Of a stretch of DNA of 64,000 nt, positions 1-10,299 are shown one piece after another (positions within the stretch are counted from its first letter, which is position 1; each line of letters starts with the position of its first letter). Location: positions 928,001 through 992,000 of the forward strand of contig CBDAOY010000008.1 of assembly GCA_965198225.1 (NCBI GenBank), written 5' to 3'. Under the pieces are notes generated by a model. It was not told where the DNA came from and did not search any database. It saw nothing but the letters and a program-made list of their open reading frames with translations. This stretch comes from Terriglobia bacterium. GTDB taxonomy: Bacteria; Acidobacteriota; Terriglobia; 20CM-2-55-15. Both the position numbers and the translations under genes were made by a program.

Positions 1-32
1 AACCTTCTAGACTGTCGAGGAGGCGCTGCCTA

Positions 33-275
33 ATGACAAGAGACGAGGAGATCAAAGAGTACCTGAGCTCCAACAACCCGGATTTCAAACGCCTGGTCGA
101 AGAACATCAGTCCTATGACAACAAGCTCCGAGAGTTGGCCAACCGACCGCACGTCTCGGGACAGGAGCAGATCGAGCAAGTCCAGCTGAAGAAGAAAAAA
201 CTCTTTCTCAAAGATCAAATGAGCAAGATGATTCAGCAGTTCCGCCAGGACCAGGTGAGTCATCAGCATCCGTAA
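33..275 (+). CDS. DUF465/YdcH-like small coiled-coil protein
   Basis: 80 aa ORF with GGAGG RBS upstream; 'FKRLVEEHQSYDNKL...LKKKKLFLKDQM' pattern typical of DUF465. Confidence 0.75.
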   Translation: MTRDEEIKEYLSSNNPDFKRLVEEHQSYDNKLRELANRPHVSGQEQIEQVQLKKKKLFLKDQMSKMIQQFRQDQVSHQHP

Positions 276-438
276 ACGGTTCCGAGGGGCGGCGACGCCC
301 GTCCCGTTTCGGCCCTCCTATTCCGAGTATCACCTTCTATTCTCGATTCAAGCTTGATATGAATGATCTTGCTGGTTTGGAGCGGCTGCGGTTTCAGACT
401 CTGACGCACCGGCCCGCGATACGTCTGACGCTCGACCG

Positions 439-1047
439 ATGGTCAAAGACGCATTCTTCTTCCTGATTCCGTTGCTAGCCGGAGCGGTGGTCGCGTTGTG
501 GGTCGGCTGGAACGCCGTCGGCGCAGGCCTGCTGACCCTCCTCGGTTTTGTTGCGTACTTCTTCAGGGATCCGGAGCGTTCGATCACTTCGGACACCTCG
601 ATTATTGTGTCTCCGGCCGACGGGAGAGTCGTTAGAATAGAAAAACAGGGAGCTGCGACCCGCATCAGCATCTTTCTGTCGATATTCAACGTGCACGTGA
701 ACCGTTCCCCCATGGGAGGAACCGTCGCCGATGTCGAGTATCGGAAGGGCCGGTTTCGGGCGGCTTTCAACCACTTGGCGAGCGTCGAGAACGAACAGAA
801 CACGTTGACCATCCGGGGCAACGGTCTCGAGATCGCGTGCTCGCAGATCGCTGGGCTCGTGGCTCGACGGATCGTTTGCTGGAAGAAACCTGGCGATTCG
901 GTGCACAAAGGAGAACGCATCGGGTTGATTCGTTTCGGCTCGCGCGTCGATTTGCTGCTGCCCGCACAGGCGTCACCGACGGTCCAGGTGGGCGACAAGG
1001 TACTGGGAGGAAGTTCCGCAATAGCACGCCTGACCACATCAGCATGA
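439..1047 (+). CDS. psd: phosphatidylserine decarboxylase proenzyme
   Basis: FFRDPER, SPADG, FNVHVNRSP and FGSRVD self-cleavage (pyruvoyl) motif. Confidence 0.95.
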   Translation: MVKDAFFFLIPLLAGAVVALWVGWNAVGAGLLTLLGFVAYFFRDPERSITSDTSIIVSPADGRVVRIEKQGAATRISIFLSIFNVHVNRSPMGGTVADVEYRKGRFRAAFNHLASVENEQNTLTIRGNGLEIACSQIAGLVARRIVCWKKPGDSVHKGERIGLIRFGSRVDLLLPAQASPTVQVGDKVLGGSSAIARLTTSA

Positions 1048-1910
1048 CGACCTCTTCAAAGCCTCACAGCAGGCAACGGCTCCGGGACAGACCCCGAATC
1101 CGCACCGGTTTGTCGATAATTCCCAGTCTGTTCACGATCGGGAACATGTTTTGCGGCTATTACTCCATCGTATCCACGCTGCGGGAAAACTACGACGTGG
1201 CGGCCATCGCGATCGGAGTGGGCGCGGTGCTCGACCTCCTCGATGGCCGGATCGCCCGACTGACCAACACCACGAGCGACTTCGGACTCGAATTGGATTC
1301 TCTCGCGGATGTGTTGACGTTCGGTATCGCGCCCGCCGTGCTGGCGCTGAACTGGGGAATCGGGTCGCTGGCCGGGCTCCCGGCCGAGATCACGCAGGAC
1401 GTCTACAAGTTTGGGTGGCTGAGCACGTTCGGCTTCCTGATGTGCGGGGCCCTGCGTCTGGCTCGGTTCAACATTCAGGCGCGCAAGCCGGTCGACGAGT
1501 CGACGTCGAGGAGGGATTTCGTCGGACTGCCGATTCCGGCTGGCGCCGCCGTGATCGCGGCGATCGTTCACTTTGGCAAGAACCCGATCCTGCAGGTCGG
1601 CTCGGCGCTCCTTTGGTGTTTGCTCGTGGCATTGCTGGCTTTCCTGATGATCAGTCGCGTTCGCTACCCCAGCTTCAAAGCGTTCGACCTGAAGAAGCCG
1701 CAGCCGCGCACGACGATCGTGGGAACCGCGATGCTGATCGGCCTGATCTTCTTCTTCTCCGAGATCGTACTCCTGTCACTGGCAACGGCCTACCTGGCCT
1801 CCGGCCCCGTGGCCCGCATGTCCCAGGCTGTGCGCCGCCTCGTGTCATCTCCCGAGGAAGCCGGGGACATTACCGAACCGCACGTTGAGGGGCGCGGAGA
1901 CCTGTTGTGA
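1044..1910 (+). CDS. pssA: CDP-diacylglycerol--serine O-phosphatidyltransferase
   Basis: CDP-alcohol phosphatidyltransferase motif DGRIAR...G..LDSLAD; ATG at 1044 overlaps psd stop (ATGA), preferred over the 837 ORF start. Confidence 0.93.
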   Translation: MTTSSKPHSRQRLRDRPRIRTGLSIIPSLFTIGNMFCGYYSIVSTLRENYDVAAIAIGVGAVLDLLDGRIARLTNTTSDFGLELDSLADVLTFGIAPAVLALNWGIGSLAGLPAEITQDVYKFGWLSTFGFLMCGALRLARFNIQARKPVDESTSRRDFVGLPIPAGAAVIAAIVHFGKNPILQVGSALLWCLLVALLAFLMISRVRYPSFKAFDLKKPQPRTTIVGTAMLIGLIFFFSEIVLLSLATAYLASGPVARMSQAVRRLVSSPEEAGDITEPHVEGRGDLL

Positions 1911-2884
1911 CCCGGTCGGGTCCGACTACCCGCGTCACGATCGTCGGCTCCACTTCTCCCCTCGGCAAGGAGGTGCGGGACCTCCTCGAGCGGAGCGATA
2001 GCTTCCGTCCCCATTTGACCCTTCTGGACACGGACGACTACGCCGGCCTGCTGCAGGAATTCGCCGGCAAGATCGAGGTGACTCAAGCCATTTCGCCGGA
2101 ACGGCTGGCGGACTCGGATGTCGCGCTGCTGAGCTGCGAGCCCGCAATCATCGAGCAGTACGACCAGAGCGGAGCGGCGCTGCCGGACGCCACCGTCGAC
2201 CTGACAGACGGAGGCAGAGGGGGGCGTCTTTTCGTGGCGCCTCGATCGAGGACGGACACCTACGCGCCGGCTCCCTATGTGGCGCCTCGGGTGGCGACGC
2301 TGGTCCTGGGCGAGGTGCTCTCCCGTTGTCATGACACTTTCGGCATCGACGGTTGTACCGCCACCGTGCTCGAACCCGTTTCGGAGCGGGGAGGGAAAGG
2401 GATTCGCGACCTGGAGGAGCAGACAGCCGGTATCCTGAATTTCAAGGCCGGGACCGACGGAGGCGCGCAACTCGCGTTCAATGTCCTTGGTCCCGATGAG
2501 GATGCCCGTAACCGGGAGGCGCGCGTCGCATCCGAGATCTCGTGCCTGTGTCCGGGTTGCCCCGCTCCTTCGGTTCAGATTGCAACGGTTCCCATCTTTC
2601 AGGGGACGAGTTTTTCGCTGCACGTTCGGACGGAGCGCACCGTGGAAATCGGGAGACTCAAGGACGTTTTGAGCGGACCGGGCGGGATCTCCATCGCCTG
2701 GGACATCCGGCCGAGCAGCCTGTCGCCCGTCGCGGTAGTGGGCTCCGAAAGCATCCATGTGACACGGGCCGATGTGGAGGACCACGGAGCCCGAATCTGG
2801 CTCGTTGCCGACAATCTGAGACTTCCTGCGCTCAATGCGTGCCGACTGCTCGGACTACTCGAACGCATCCACCCCGACCGATGA
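1907..2884 (+). CDS. aspartate-semialdehyde dehydrogenase-like (Asd/Usg-like) protein
   Basis: N-terminal Rossmann-like VTIVGSTSPLGKEV, QLAFNV, WLVADNLR; no recognisable catalytic PNC motif. Confidence 0.75.
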   Translation: MTRSGPTTRVTIVGSTSPLGKEVRDLLERSDSFRPHLTLLDTDDYAGLLQEFAGKIEVTQAISPERLADSDVALLSCEPAIIEQYDQSGAALPDATVDLTDGGRGGRLFVAPRSRTDTYAPAPYVAPRVATLVLGEVLSRCHDTFGIDGCTATVLEPVSERGGKGIRDLEEQTAGILNFKAGTDGGAQLAFNVLGPDEDARNREARVASEISCLCPGCPAPSVQIATVPIFQGTSFSLHVRTERTVEIGRLKDVLSGPGGISIAWDIRPSSLSPVAVVGSESIHVTRADVEDHGARIWLVADNLRLPALNACRLLGLLERIHPDR

Positions 2885-3759
2885 GGGTTTCCGGTTACCT
2901 CGCGGCCGGTTTCACCCTCGCCTCACGCCGCCTCCACCTGGTGTTCCTGGACTTGATCTCCAAGCTGCTCTGGATCGCGGTCACTCTCGGCGTGTTCTGG
3001 TTGGCCGGCATCTGGTTCTCATCCCGGGCGCTGCTAAGCGGCGACGATCTGCGGGCGTTCGAGACTGGCATTGCGCCCCTCGCGCTGGCTGGCGTGGTCC
3101 GGGTAGTCCTTGAGAACGCCGAGACCCTCGGATGGAATCTGGGCGTTGCCGCCGCCGCGTCCTGTGGCTGGTGGTTCGTCGCCGAGGCTTTCGTCCGGGC
3201 GGGCATGCTCCCACTTTCCGGAAACAGCTTTTACCGCAACGCGCTGGGCAACTTTTCCGTCTGTCTGGCCTCGGGTCTGATTCGAAGAAGCATCATGGGG
3301 TCGGCGGGGCTTCTTCTGGGCCTGATCATCTTTGGACCTCTCCTGACAGCTCCCCTCGGAGAATGGGGGCAGGCGTTGCCGGACATCGGATGGCCAGCGC
3401 TCGCCGGAAGCACTCTCATTGCCGTCCTGGCCTTCGCCTTGATCCTGCTGGACACACTCCTTCGCAATGATGCGCTCGAAGTGGCCGGCGATCAACTCGG
3501 CCAGGTCCTTGGCGTCGTCGGCACGCTCGTCCTGTTTGAAGCGTCGCTGCTGGCCTCGGCCGCGTTGCTGGTGGGCGTGTCTTTCGGAATGACCGGCGGG
3601 GCCACAGGGGTATCGGGTGTGTTGCTCCTGGCGCTGATCCTGATTGCGGCCTCGAGCGCAGCGCACAGCTACCTGCTTCTCGTGCGCTACTACTCAGTTG
3701 GTATAATGCGATCCTACATTCATACGGAGCGAATCAAGCAATATGGCAGCGACGTCTGA
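2881..3759 (+). CDS. hypothetical multi-pass membrane protein
   Basis: ATG 2881 overlaps the upstream stop (ATGA); about 7 hydrophobic segments; overlaps guaA start. Confidence 0.7.
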   Translation: MRVSGYLAAGFTLASRRLHLVFLDLISKLLWIAVTLGVFWLAGIWFSSRALLSGDDLRAFETGIAPLALAGVVRVVLENAETLGWNLGVAAAASCGWWFVAEAFVRAGMLPLSGNSFYRNALGNFSVCLASGLIRRSIMGSAGLLLGLIIFGPLLTAPLGEWGQALPDIGWPALAGSTLIAVLAFALILLDTLLRNDALEVAGDQLGQVLGVVGTLVLFEASLLASAALLVGVSFGMTGGATGVSGVLLLALILIAASSAAHSYLLLVRYYSVGIMRSYIHTERIKQYGSDV

Positions 3760-5275
3760 GGAAATCCTGATCCTGGATTTCGGCTCGCAATACACACAGC
3801 TGATCGGGAGGAGGATTCGTGAGGCGCACGTCTACTCGGAAATCCTGCCCTTTCACACGCCGCTCGACGCGCTCCGGGAACGCCGGCCCAAGGGCATCAT
3901 TCTTTCCGGCGGGCCCAGCTCGGTCTATGAAACGGATGCGCCCGTCTGCTGCCCAGAGCTGTACGACATGGGAGTTCCTATCCTTGGCGTCTGTTACGGC
4001 ATGCAACTCCTGGCCAAGGATCTCGGCGGGAGAGTCGAACCGGCCGAGCAGCGGGAATACGGCCACGGGGAGCTACAGCGTTCCGGCGACTCCGCCCTTC
4101 TGAACGGACTGAAGCGGGTCTGGATGAGTCACGGCGATCGGATCCTGGAGCCCCCTCCGGGTTTTGCAGTTACCGCTCGCACCGATACGACGACGGCGGT
4201 CATCGAGAATCCCGGAAAAAAGATCTTCGGCGTTCAGTTTCACCCTGAGGTCGTGCACACGGAAAACGGAGCGGAATTGATCCGTCGCTTCATCTTTGAC
4301 ATATGCAGGTGTTCCGGAAACTGGACGCTCGGTTCTTTCCTGGAAGAAGAGGTCAAACGGATTCGCGCCCAGGTCGGCGAGGGACGGGTGCTCTGTGCCA
4401 TCAGCGGCGGGGTCGACTCCACGGTTGCCGCCACTCTTGTCTCGCGCGCGATCGGCGATCGACTGGTCTGTATCTTTGTCAACACGGGTCTTCTTCGGAT
4501 GCGGGAGTACGAGAAGGTCCTGTCGACGCTCCGAGACAACCTGCAACTCAACGTTCGCGGCGTCGACGCGTCGGAGCGCTTCCTGAAACTGCTTCAAGGG
4601 GTTATCGATCCGGAGCAGAAGCGGAAGATCATCGGACGAGAATTCATCAAGGTGTTCGAGGAAGAAGCTGCGCGTATCGGTTCGGTCGATTTCCTGGCCC
4701 AGGGAACCCTCTATCCGGATGTCATCGAATCGGTGTCGGTGCGGGGGCCGTCCCGGACGATCAAGTCGCATCACAACGTCGGCGGCCTGCCCGAGAAGAT
4801 GCACCTGGAACTGGTCGAACCCCTCCGCGAGCTCTTCAAGGACGAAGTGCGGCAGCTCGGCGTGGAGATGGGTTTGGCCGAGGAGTTGGTATGGCGTCAG
4901 CCGTTTCCGGGGCCAGGTCTGGGTATCCGGATCATGGGCGAAATCACACCGGAAAACATACGCATCCTTCAGGAGTCCGACGACATCCTTATCACCGAAA
5001 TCAAAGAGGCCGGTCTCTACCGTGACATCTGGCAATCGTTTGCCGTGCTCCTGCCGATCAAGAGTGTCGGAGTCATGGGAGATGTCCGGACCTACGAGTA
5101 CACCGTGGCCATTCGGGCGGTCACCAGTACCGACGGTATGACCGCGGATTGGGGCCGCCTCCCATACGATCTGCTCGGTCGAATCGCCAACCGTATCGTG
5201 AATGAAGTCCACGGAGTAAACCGTGTCGTCTACGACATCACGTCAAAGCCCCCGGCGACGATCGAATGGGAGTAG
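3743..5275 (+). CDS. guaA: GMP synthase (glutamine-hydrolysing)
   Basis: [35 protein letters not shown]. Confidence 0.99.
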   Translation: MAATSEEILILDFGSQYTQLIGRRIREAHVYSEILPFHTPLDALRERRPKGIILSGGPSSVYETDAPVCCPELYDMGVPILGVCYGMQLLAKDLGGRVEPAEQREYGHGELQRSGDSALLNGLKRVWMSHGDRILEPPPGFAVTARTDTTTAVIENPGKKIFGVQFHPEVVHTENGAELIRRFIFDICRCSGNWTLGSFLEEEVKRIRAQVGEGRVLCAISGGVDSTVAATLVSRAIGDRLVCIFVNTGLLRMREYEKVLSTLRDNLQLNVRGVDASERFLKLLQGVIDPEQKRKIIGREFIKVFEEEAARIGSVDFLAQGTLYPDVIESVSVRGPSRTIKSHHNVGGLPEKMHLELVEPLRELFKDEVRQLGVEMGLAEELVWRQPFPGPGLGIRIMGEITPENIRILQESDDILITEIKEAGLYRDIWQSFAVLLPIKSVGVMGDVRTYEYTVAIRAVTSTDGMTADWGRLPYDLLGRIANRIVNEVHGVNRVVYDITSKPPATIEWE

Positions 5276-5285
5276 TGGGGGCAGT

Positions 5286-5359
5286 CGTAGGCCGTTACCC
5301 GTTGTCCGTTGAAGACCGCCCTCCGGCAACTGATAACAGCCTACGCACAACGGCCTACG
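5286..5359. repeat. short intergenic inverted repeat with about 7-nt periodic arms
   Basis: CGTAGGCCGTT...AACGGCCTACG arms, extended by imperfect 7-mer units, between guaA and dnaE. Confidence 0.5.
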
Positions 5360-5397
5360 CGTTTTTAAAGGAAGTTCGGATCGGTTGAGGAACAATT

Positions 5398-8300
5398 TTG
5401 AAAACTGCTCAATCCGCGCAAAGCGAATTCGTCCACCTGCATCTTCATTCTGGATTCAGCCTGCTCGATGGGGCCTGCGACCACACTCGCCTGGCGCAGA
5501 TGGCCTCCGACTACAACATGCCGGCCGTTGCCGTTACCGATCACGGGAACCTGTTTGGTGCTATAGGCTTTCACGATGCCGCCGTAAAGCAGGGGGTCAA
5601 GCCGATCATCGGATGCGAGATGTACGTCGCAAAGTCCTCGCGCCACGATCGGGACCCCCGCACGGCGCGCCCGCATCATCTTATCGTCCTCTGCGAAAAC
5701 GCCACCGGCTACCAGAACCTGATAAAGCTCGTGTCGGCCGGCTATCTGGAAGGCTTCTATTACAAACCCCGGATCGACAAGGAAATCCTGGCCGCGCATA
5801 GCGAGGGTTTGATCGGCCTCTCGGGCTGTCTCAACGGAGAGGTGTCGGCGAACCTCCTGGCCAATCATTACGAAGTGGCGGAAGAGGCAGCGGGTGAACT
5901 TCGGGACATCTTCGGTCCGGATCGCTTCTTCCTGGAGGTTCAGGACCAGGGCCTGGCCAAACAGCGTCAGATCATTCCCGACATGCTCCGCATGGCCGAT
6001 CGGACAGGTATTCCCGCTGTTGCGACGAACGACTGTCACTACATGTGTCAGGACGACTCCCGGGCTCACGACGTCCTGCTCTGCATCCAGACCGGTAAAG
6101 CCGTCAACGATCCAAACCGGATGAAGTTTTACACGGATCAGTTCTACTTCAAGTCGCACGACGAGATGCACGCCGTGTTCGGGGACTATCCGGACCTGTT
6201 GCGTCGAACCGTGGACATCGCCGAACGCTGCCATGTCGAGCTGAAGAGCATCGACAATCCGTTTCCGGAATTCGACGTCCCCCCCGGTTTTACCGCCGAT
6301 TCCTACTTCGCGAAGGTTGCCCGCGATGGGTTCGAAGATCGTCTGGCACACCTGAAGCCGCTCGCGGATGCCGGTGGCCTGAAGCATCCGGTGTCTGAAT
6401 ACGAAAGGCGTCTCGAAGATGAGATCGGGATCATCCAGGGGATGAAGTACTCGGGATACTTCCTCATCGTGTGGGATCTGATCCGTTATTCCCGTGAAAA
6501 CGAGATTCCGGTAGGCCCTGGAAGAGGGTCGGCTGCCGGAAGCCTCGTGTCCTACTGTCTCCGGATCACGGATCTGGACCCCCTGCAGTACGGCTTGCTC
6601 TTCGAGCGCTTTCTCAACCCCGAACGTGTAACGCTGCCGGACATCGACATTGATTTCTGCATGAATCGCCGGGCCGAGGTCATCGAGTACGTCACTCAGA
6701 AGTACGGACGCGAGAATGTTTCGCAGATCATCACGTTTGGAACCATGGCCGCGCGTGGGGTCATCCGCGACACGGGGCGTGGGATGCAGATGCCGTACGC
6801 CGAGGTCGATCGGATCGCAAAGATGATCCCCCCCGAGCTTAACATCACCCTGGATCGCGCGATAGAGCAGAACAAAGACCTCAAGAATCTGGTGAATCGC
6901 GACGACAAGGTTCGCGACATCATGCAGGTTGCAAGGCGCCTTGAAGGTCTGGCCCGGCACGCGTCGATGCACGCTGCGGGAGTGGTGATATCTCCGAGAC
7001 CGCTGACCGAACTCGTCCCGCTCTACAAGTCCACCAAGGACGAGATCATGACGATGTATCCGATGACGGACGTGGAGAAGATCGGTCTTCTCAAGATGGA
7101 TTTTCTCGCCCTGACCACGCTCACGATCATCGACGACACGCTCAAGATGCTCCAGAAACAGGAAGCGCTCCTCCTGGACGTGGACGAGCTTCCTCTCGAC
7201 GACGAGAAGACGTACGAGTTGTTCGCCGACGGACTGACGAGCGGTGTCTTCCAGTTTGAAAGTTCGGGAATGAAAGACATCCTGCGCCGCTTCAAACCAT
7301 CCAGCATCGAGCACCTAACGGCACTGAACGCCCTCTACCGACCGGGCCCCATCGGCGGGGGGATGATCGCCGATTTCATCGAGAGAAAACACGGAAAGAA
7401 GAAGATCAGCTACGAACTGGCGGAGCTCGAGCCGATTCTCGAGGAGACCTACGGCGTGATCGTCTACCAGGAACAGGTCATGCAGATCGCAAACCTCATC
7501 GCCGGGTATTCGCTCGGCGAGGCCGATCTCCTGCGCCGGGCGATGGGCAAGAAGAAGGCCGCAGAGATGGCCGCTCAGCGACAGAAGTTCCGTGAAGGGG
7601 CTGCGGCCAAGGGTTTCTCCGACAAGAAAAAGATCGCCAAGCTCTTCGACCTGATGGAGCAGTTCGCCGGTTACGGATTCAACAAGTCCCACTCCGCCGC
7701 GTACGCCGTCCTCGCCTACCGGACCGGCTACCTGAAGGCTCACTACCCGAACTACTTTATGGCGGCCGTGCTCACCAGTGAGCGCGGCAATACCGACAAG
7801 ATCGTCAAGTACATCAACGAGTGCCGGGAGATGGGCATCCCCATTCTTCCGCCGGACGTAAACGTCAGCGATGTCGACTTCACGCCGACACCCGAAGGAA
7901 TCCGTTTCGGTCTGGCGGCCATCAAGAATGTCGGCGAGACGGCGATCCGCTCCATAGCTCGGAACAAGCCCTTCCGCTCCATTTTCGACCTGTGCGAGCG
8001 AGCCGATCTTCGAACCGTGAACAAGCGCGTTCTGGAGAGCTTGATCAAGGCAGGGGCCTTCGACAGCCTCGATATCGACCGGGCGTCCCTCTACAACAAC
8101 GTGGATCGGGCAATCGAATGGGGACAGAGGAAGCAGCATGAGGCCGAGGTCGGACAAGGAGGGCTCTTCGCGATGTTCGCCGATCCCGCCTCCGACGACA
8201 GGGACATGATGGCTCCAGCCGAGGCCTGGCCGGAATCGCTGAAACTAGCGCACGAGAAGGAGGCCCTGGGTTTCTATATCACGGGCCATCCCTTGCAACG

Positions 8301-8865
8301 ATTTCGGTCCGACGTCGAGACCTATGCTACGGCAAACACCTCGAGCCTGGCGTCGCGGACCGCCAACTCGGAAGTCGTCGTCGCGGGAATCGTCGCCAGC
8401 ACGCGAACGATGCGCACGAAGAAAGGAAATCGGATGGGCGTGGTGCTCCTTGAAGACCTGCAGGGCGTCGTCGAAGTGCTCGTGTTTCCCGACACCTTTG
8501 AGCGCACCGAAGAGCTGCTCCTGTCCGATGCCCCCGTTTTCGTGGTCGCGAAACTCGACAGCGACGAATCGACTCTGCGCCTGCTCGCCAGCGACATACT
8601 GCCGATGGACCGCGCCCGGGAGCACCTGAGCAAGCGAGTCACCGTTGCGATAGACGCCCAGGACGCACCGAAGGATCTCGCGGAACGCCTGCGTCCGATG
8701 ATCGAGGAAAAGACCGGCGATGCGGAACTCGTGTTCGAGCTCCGGTACTCGGGGCGGTACACCGCGTTCATCCGTCCCAACCCCTACCTCAAGGTGCGCC
8801 CTGATAGGGAGTTCGTCCATTTTCTGGAAGAGATTTGCGGCCGCGATGCGGTAAGGTTCAGCTGA
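5398..8865 (+). CDS. dnaE: DNA polymerase III alpha subunit
   Basis: PHP FVHLHLHS, GRGSAAGS, PDIDIDF, YGFNKSH; exact start uncertain (TTG). Confidence 0.98.
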   Translation: MKTAQSAQSEFVHLHLHSGFSLLDGACDHTRLAQMASDYNMPAVAVTDHGNLFGAIGFHDAAVKQGVKPIIGCEMYVAKSSRHDRDPRTARPHHLIVLCENATGYQNLIKLVSAGYLEGFYYKPRIDKEILAAHSEGLIGLSGCLNGEVSANLLANHYEVAEEAAGELRDIFGPDRFFLEVQDQGLAKQRQIIPDMLRMADRTGIPAVATNDCHYMCQDDSRAHDVLLCIQTGKAVNDPNRMKFYTDQFYFKSHDEMHAVFGDYPDLLRRTVDIAERCHVELKSIDNPFPEFDVPPGFTADSYFAKVARDGFEDRLAHLKPLADAGGLKHPVSEYERRLEDEIGIIQGMKYSGYFLIVWDLIRYSRENEIPVGPGRGSAAGSLVSYCLRITDLDPLQYGLLFERFLNPERVTLPDIDIDFCMNRRAEVIEYVTQKYGRENVSQIITFGTMAARGVIRDTGRGMQMPYAEVDRIAKMIPPELNITLDRAIEQNKDLKNLVNRDDKVRDIMQVARRLEGLARHASMHAAGVVISPRPLTELVPLYKSTKDEIMTMYPMTDVEKIGLLKMDFLALTTLTIIDDTLKMLQKQEALLLDVDELPLDDEKTYELFADGLTSGVFQFESSGMKDILRRFKPSSIEHLTALNALYRPGPIGGGMIADFIERKHGKKKISYELAELEPILEETYGVIVYQEQVMQIANLIAGYSLGEADLLRRAMGKKKAAEMAAQRQKFREGAAAKGFSDKKKIAKLFDLMEQFAGYGFNKSHSAAYAVLAYRTGYLKAHYPNYFMAAVLTSERGNTDKIVKYINECREMGIPILPPDVNVSDVDFTPTPEGIRFGLAAIKNVGETAIRSIARNKPFRSIFDLCERADLRTVNKRVLESLIKAGAFDSLDIDRASLYNNVDRAIEWGQRKQHEAEVGQGGLFAMFADPASDDRDMMAPAEAWPESLKLAHEKEALGFYITGHPLQRFRSDVETYATANTSSLASRTANSEVVVAGIVASTRTMRTKKGNRMGVVLLEDLQGVVEVLVFPDTFERTEELLLSDAPVFVVAKLDSDESTLRLLASDILPMDRAREHLSKRVTVAIDAQDAPKDLAERLRPMIEEKTGDAELVFELRYSGRYTAFIRPNPYLKVRPDREFVHFLEEICGRDAVRFS

Positions 8866-9806
8866 TGAGCAAGGCCCGGGATGAGACGCTGGAGCGGCTC
8901 GAGCGCGAACTCCATGAGTTGGAGCGATTGCCGGCATCTCCCGGCACCGAGGACCGCGCCCGGCTCGAGTCCCAGATTGCGCAGCTTCGGCAGGACATTC
9001 TCGACAAGATGAGCGCCTACGAGAAGGTTCAACTGGCGCGTCACCCGCAACGTCCCTATTTTCTCGATTACGTCGACCTCATCTTCACCGAGTTCGAAGA
9101 ATGGCACGGTGACAGGAACTTCGGGGACGATCCGGCAATCGTCACCGGATTCGCCCTGTTCAACGATGAACCGGTCTGCGTCCTCGGACAGCAGAAAGGG
9201 AGAGACACGAAACAGAAGCTGCACCGCAACTTCGGCATGCCGAAACCCGAGGGTTACCGGAAGGCGATCCGGATCATGAAGCTTGCGGAGAAGTTTTCCC
9301 GCCCCGTCCTGACCTTCATCGACACCCCGGGGGCCTATCCTGGGATCGACGCGGAGGAACGGGGCCAAGCGGAGGCGATCGCCTTCAACCTGAGGGAGAT
9401 GGCAAGCCTGAAGGTACCGATCATCGTGACGGTCACCGGGGAGGGCGGCTCGGGCGGGGCGCTGGCCATCGGTGTCGGCGATCGGGTCAACATCCTACAG
9501 TTTTCGATCTATTCCGTGATCGCACCCGAAAGCTGCTCCGCGATCCTTTGGCGGGATCAGCAACACGCCGCAGAGGCGGCCGAAGCCTTGAAGCTGACAC
9601 CGGAGGACCTGAAGCGGCTGAACCTCGTCGACGAGATCGTACCCGAACCGAACGGGGGCGCCCAGAACGACCCGGCCGAGATGGCGGAAACGCTCCGACG
9701 ATTGTTCGAACGCCAGCTGGGAGAACTGCGGACAGCTCGGATCGCGGACACACTGGAGGAACGCTACCGAAAATTCCGCAGAATGGGAGTCTTCGGGGAG
9801 AGCTAG
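8865..9806 (+). CDS. accA: acetyl-CoA carboxylase carboxyltransferase alpha subunit
   Basis: ARHPQRP, NFGMPKPEGYRKA, DTPGAYPG, GEGGSGGA; ATG overlaps dnaE TGA. Confidence 0.98.
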   Translation: MSKARDETLERLERELHELERLPASPGTEDRARLESQIAQLRQDILDKMSAYEKVQLARHPQRPYFLDYVDLIFTEFEEWHGDRNFGDDPAIVTGFALFNDEPVCVLGQQKGRDTKQKLHRNFGMPKPEGYRKAIRIMKLAEKFSRPVLTFIDTPGAYPGIDAEERGQAEAIAFNLREMASLKVPIIVTVTGEGGSGGALAIGVGDRVNILQFSIYSVIAPESCSAILWRDQQHAAEAAEALKLTPEDLKRLNLVDEIVPEPNGGAQNDPAEMAETLRRLFERQLGELRTARIADTLEERYRKFRRMGVFGES

Positions 9807-9988
9807 TGACCTGTAACAGTGCTATCGGTACCAGCGTTCGGCCGAACCCTTCGGGCCGATGGGGGTTGCGGGCGATCTCTTTGTCGGAAGCCGTCACCGA
9901 TGAAAGAGCATCGCTTTCCGTCTCCCTCCTCGACCTTGCCCGCAAGACCCATCGGCGATGGTGCCGATAGCACTGTTGCAGGCCACTA
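9804..9988. mobile_element. MITE-like element, family A, copy 1
   Basis: About 30-bp terminal inverted repeats (TAGTGACCTGTAACAGTGCTATCGGTACCA vs reverse complement TAGTGGCCTGCAACAGTGCTATCGGCACCA), inner IR, TA at both ends; second copy at 36131-36252. Confidence 0.85.
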
Positions 9989-10114
9989 ATGATCGCCCGA
10001 GTGAAGGTTTTCTTCGCCCCTCTTGACGGCCGCAATGCTGATCGCGATCGTCAGGACGACGATCGGCGCCAGAATCAAGGCCCCGGTGCCGATCGCGGCA
10101 AAAACATCCGACAT
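9986..10114 (-). CDS. 42-aa single-TM small protein (not in ORF track)
   Basis: AAAAGGAGG RBS then ATG; MSDVFAAIGTGALILAPIVVLTIAISIAAVKRGEENLHSGDH*. Confidence 0.65.
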   Translation of the reverse strand: MSDVFAAIGTGALILAPIVVLTIAISIAAVKRGEENLHSGDH

Positions 10115-10243
10115 CCAACCTCCTTTTCAGTCGTCGTCAAGCCTCGACGACGTCAACCATGATCCCAGAAAACCGTTTTTCCGACAACTCGCATCGGAGG
10201 ATGGCGTCGGACCTCCGAGTCACGAACGCGTGGAGTGCCCAAT

Positions 10244-10292
10244 GCTTTGTATTGTAAAGCGCTTGACTAAAACAAGGAGGGCGCGCTAACTT
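10244..10292 (+). promoter_or_regulatory. palindromic operator plus sigma70-like promoter
   Basis: GCTTTgtattgtAAAGC (10244-10260) next to TTGACT-N18-TAACTT upstream of the membrane protein/wHTH pair. Confidence 0.45.
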
Positions 10293-10299
10293 GGGTTTC

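Noticed and set aside
5276-5397. Genomic island integrated at the guaA 3' end
   Set aside because: dnaE follows directly; no integrase or att repeat
5365-8157. Long minus-strand ORFs (649 aa, 280 aa) and similar ones at 4073-5212, 31912-33357, 57919-59463 and 62212-63309
   Set aside because: Antisense shadows of well-supported genes, expected from high-GC codon bias; no family motifs
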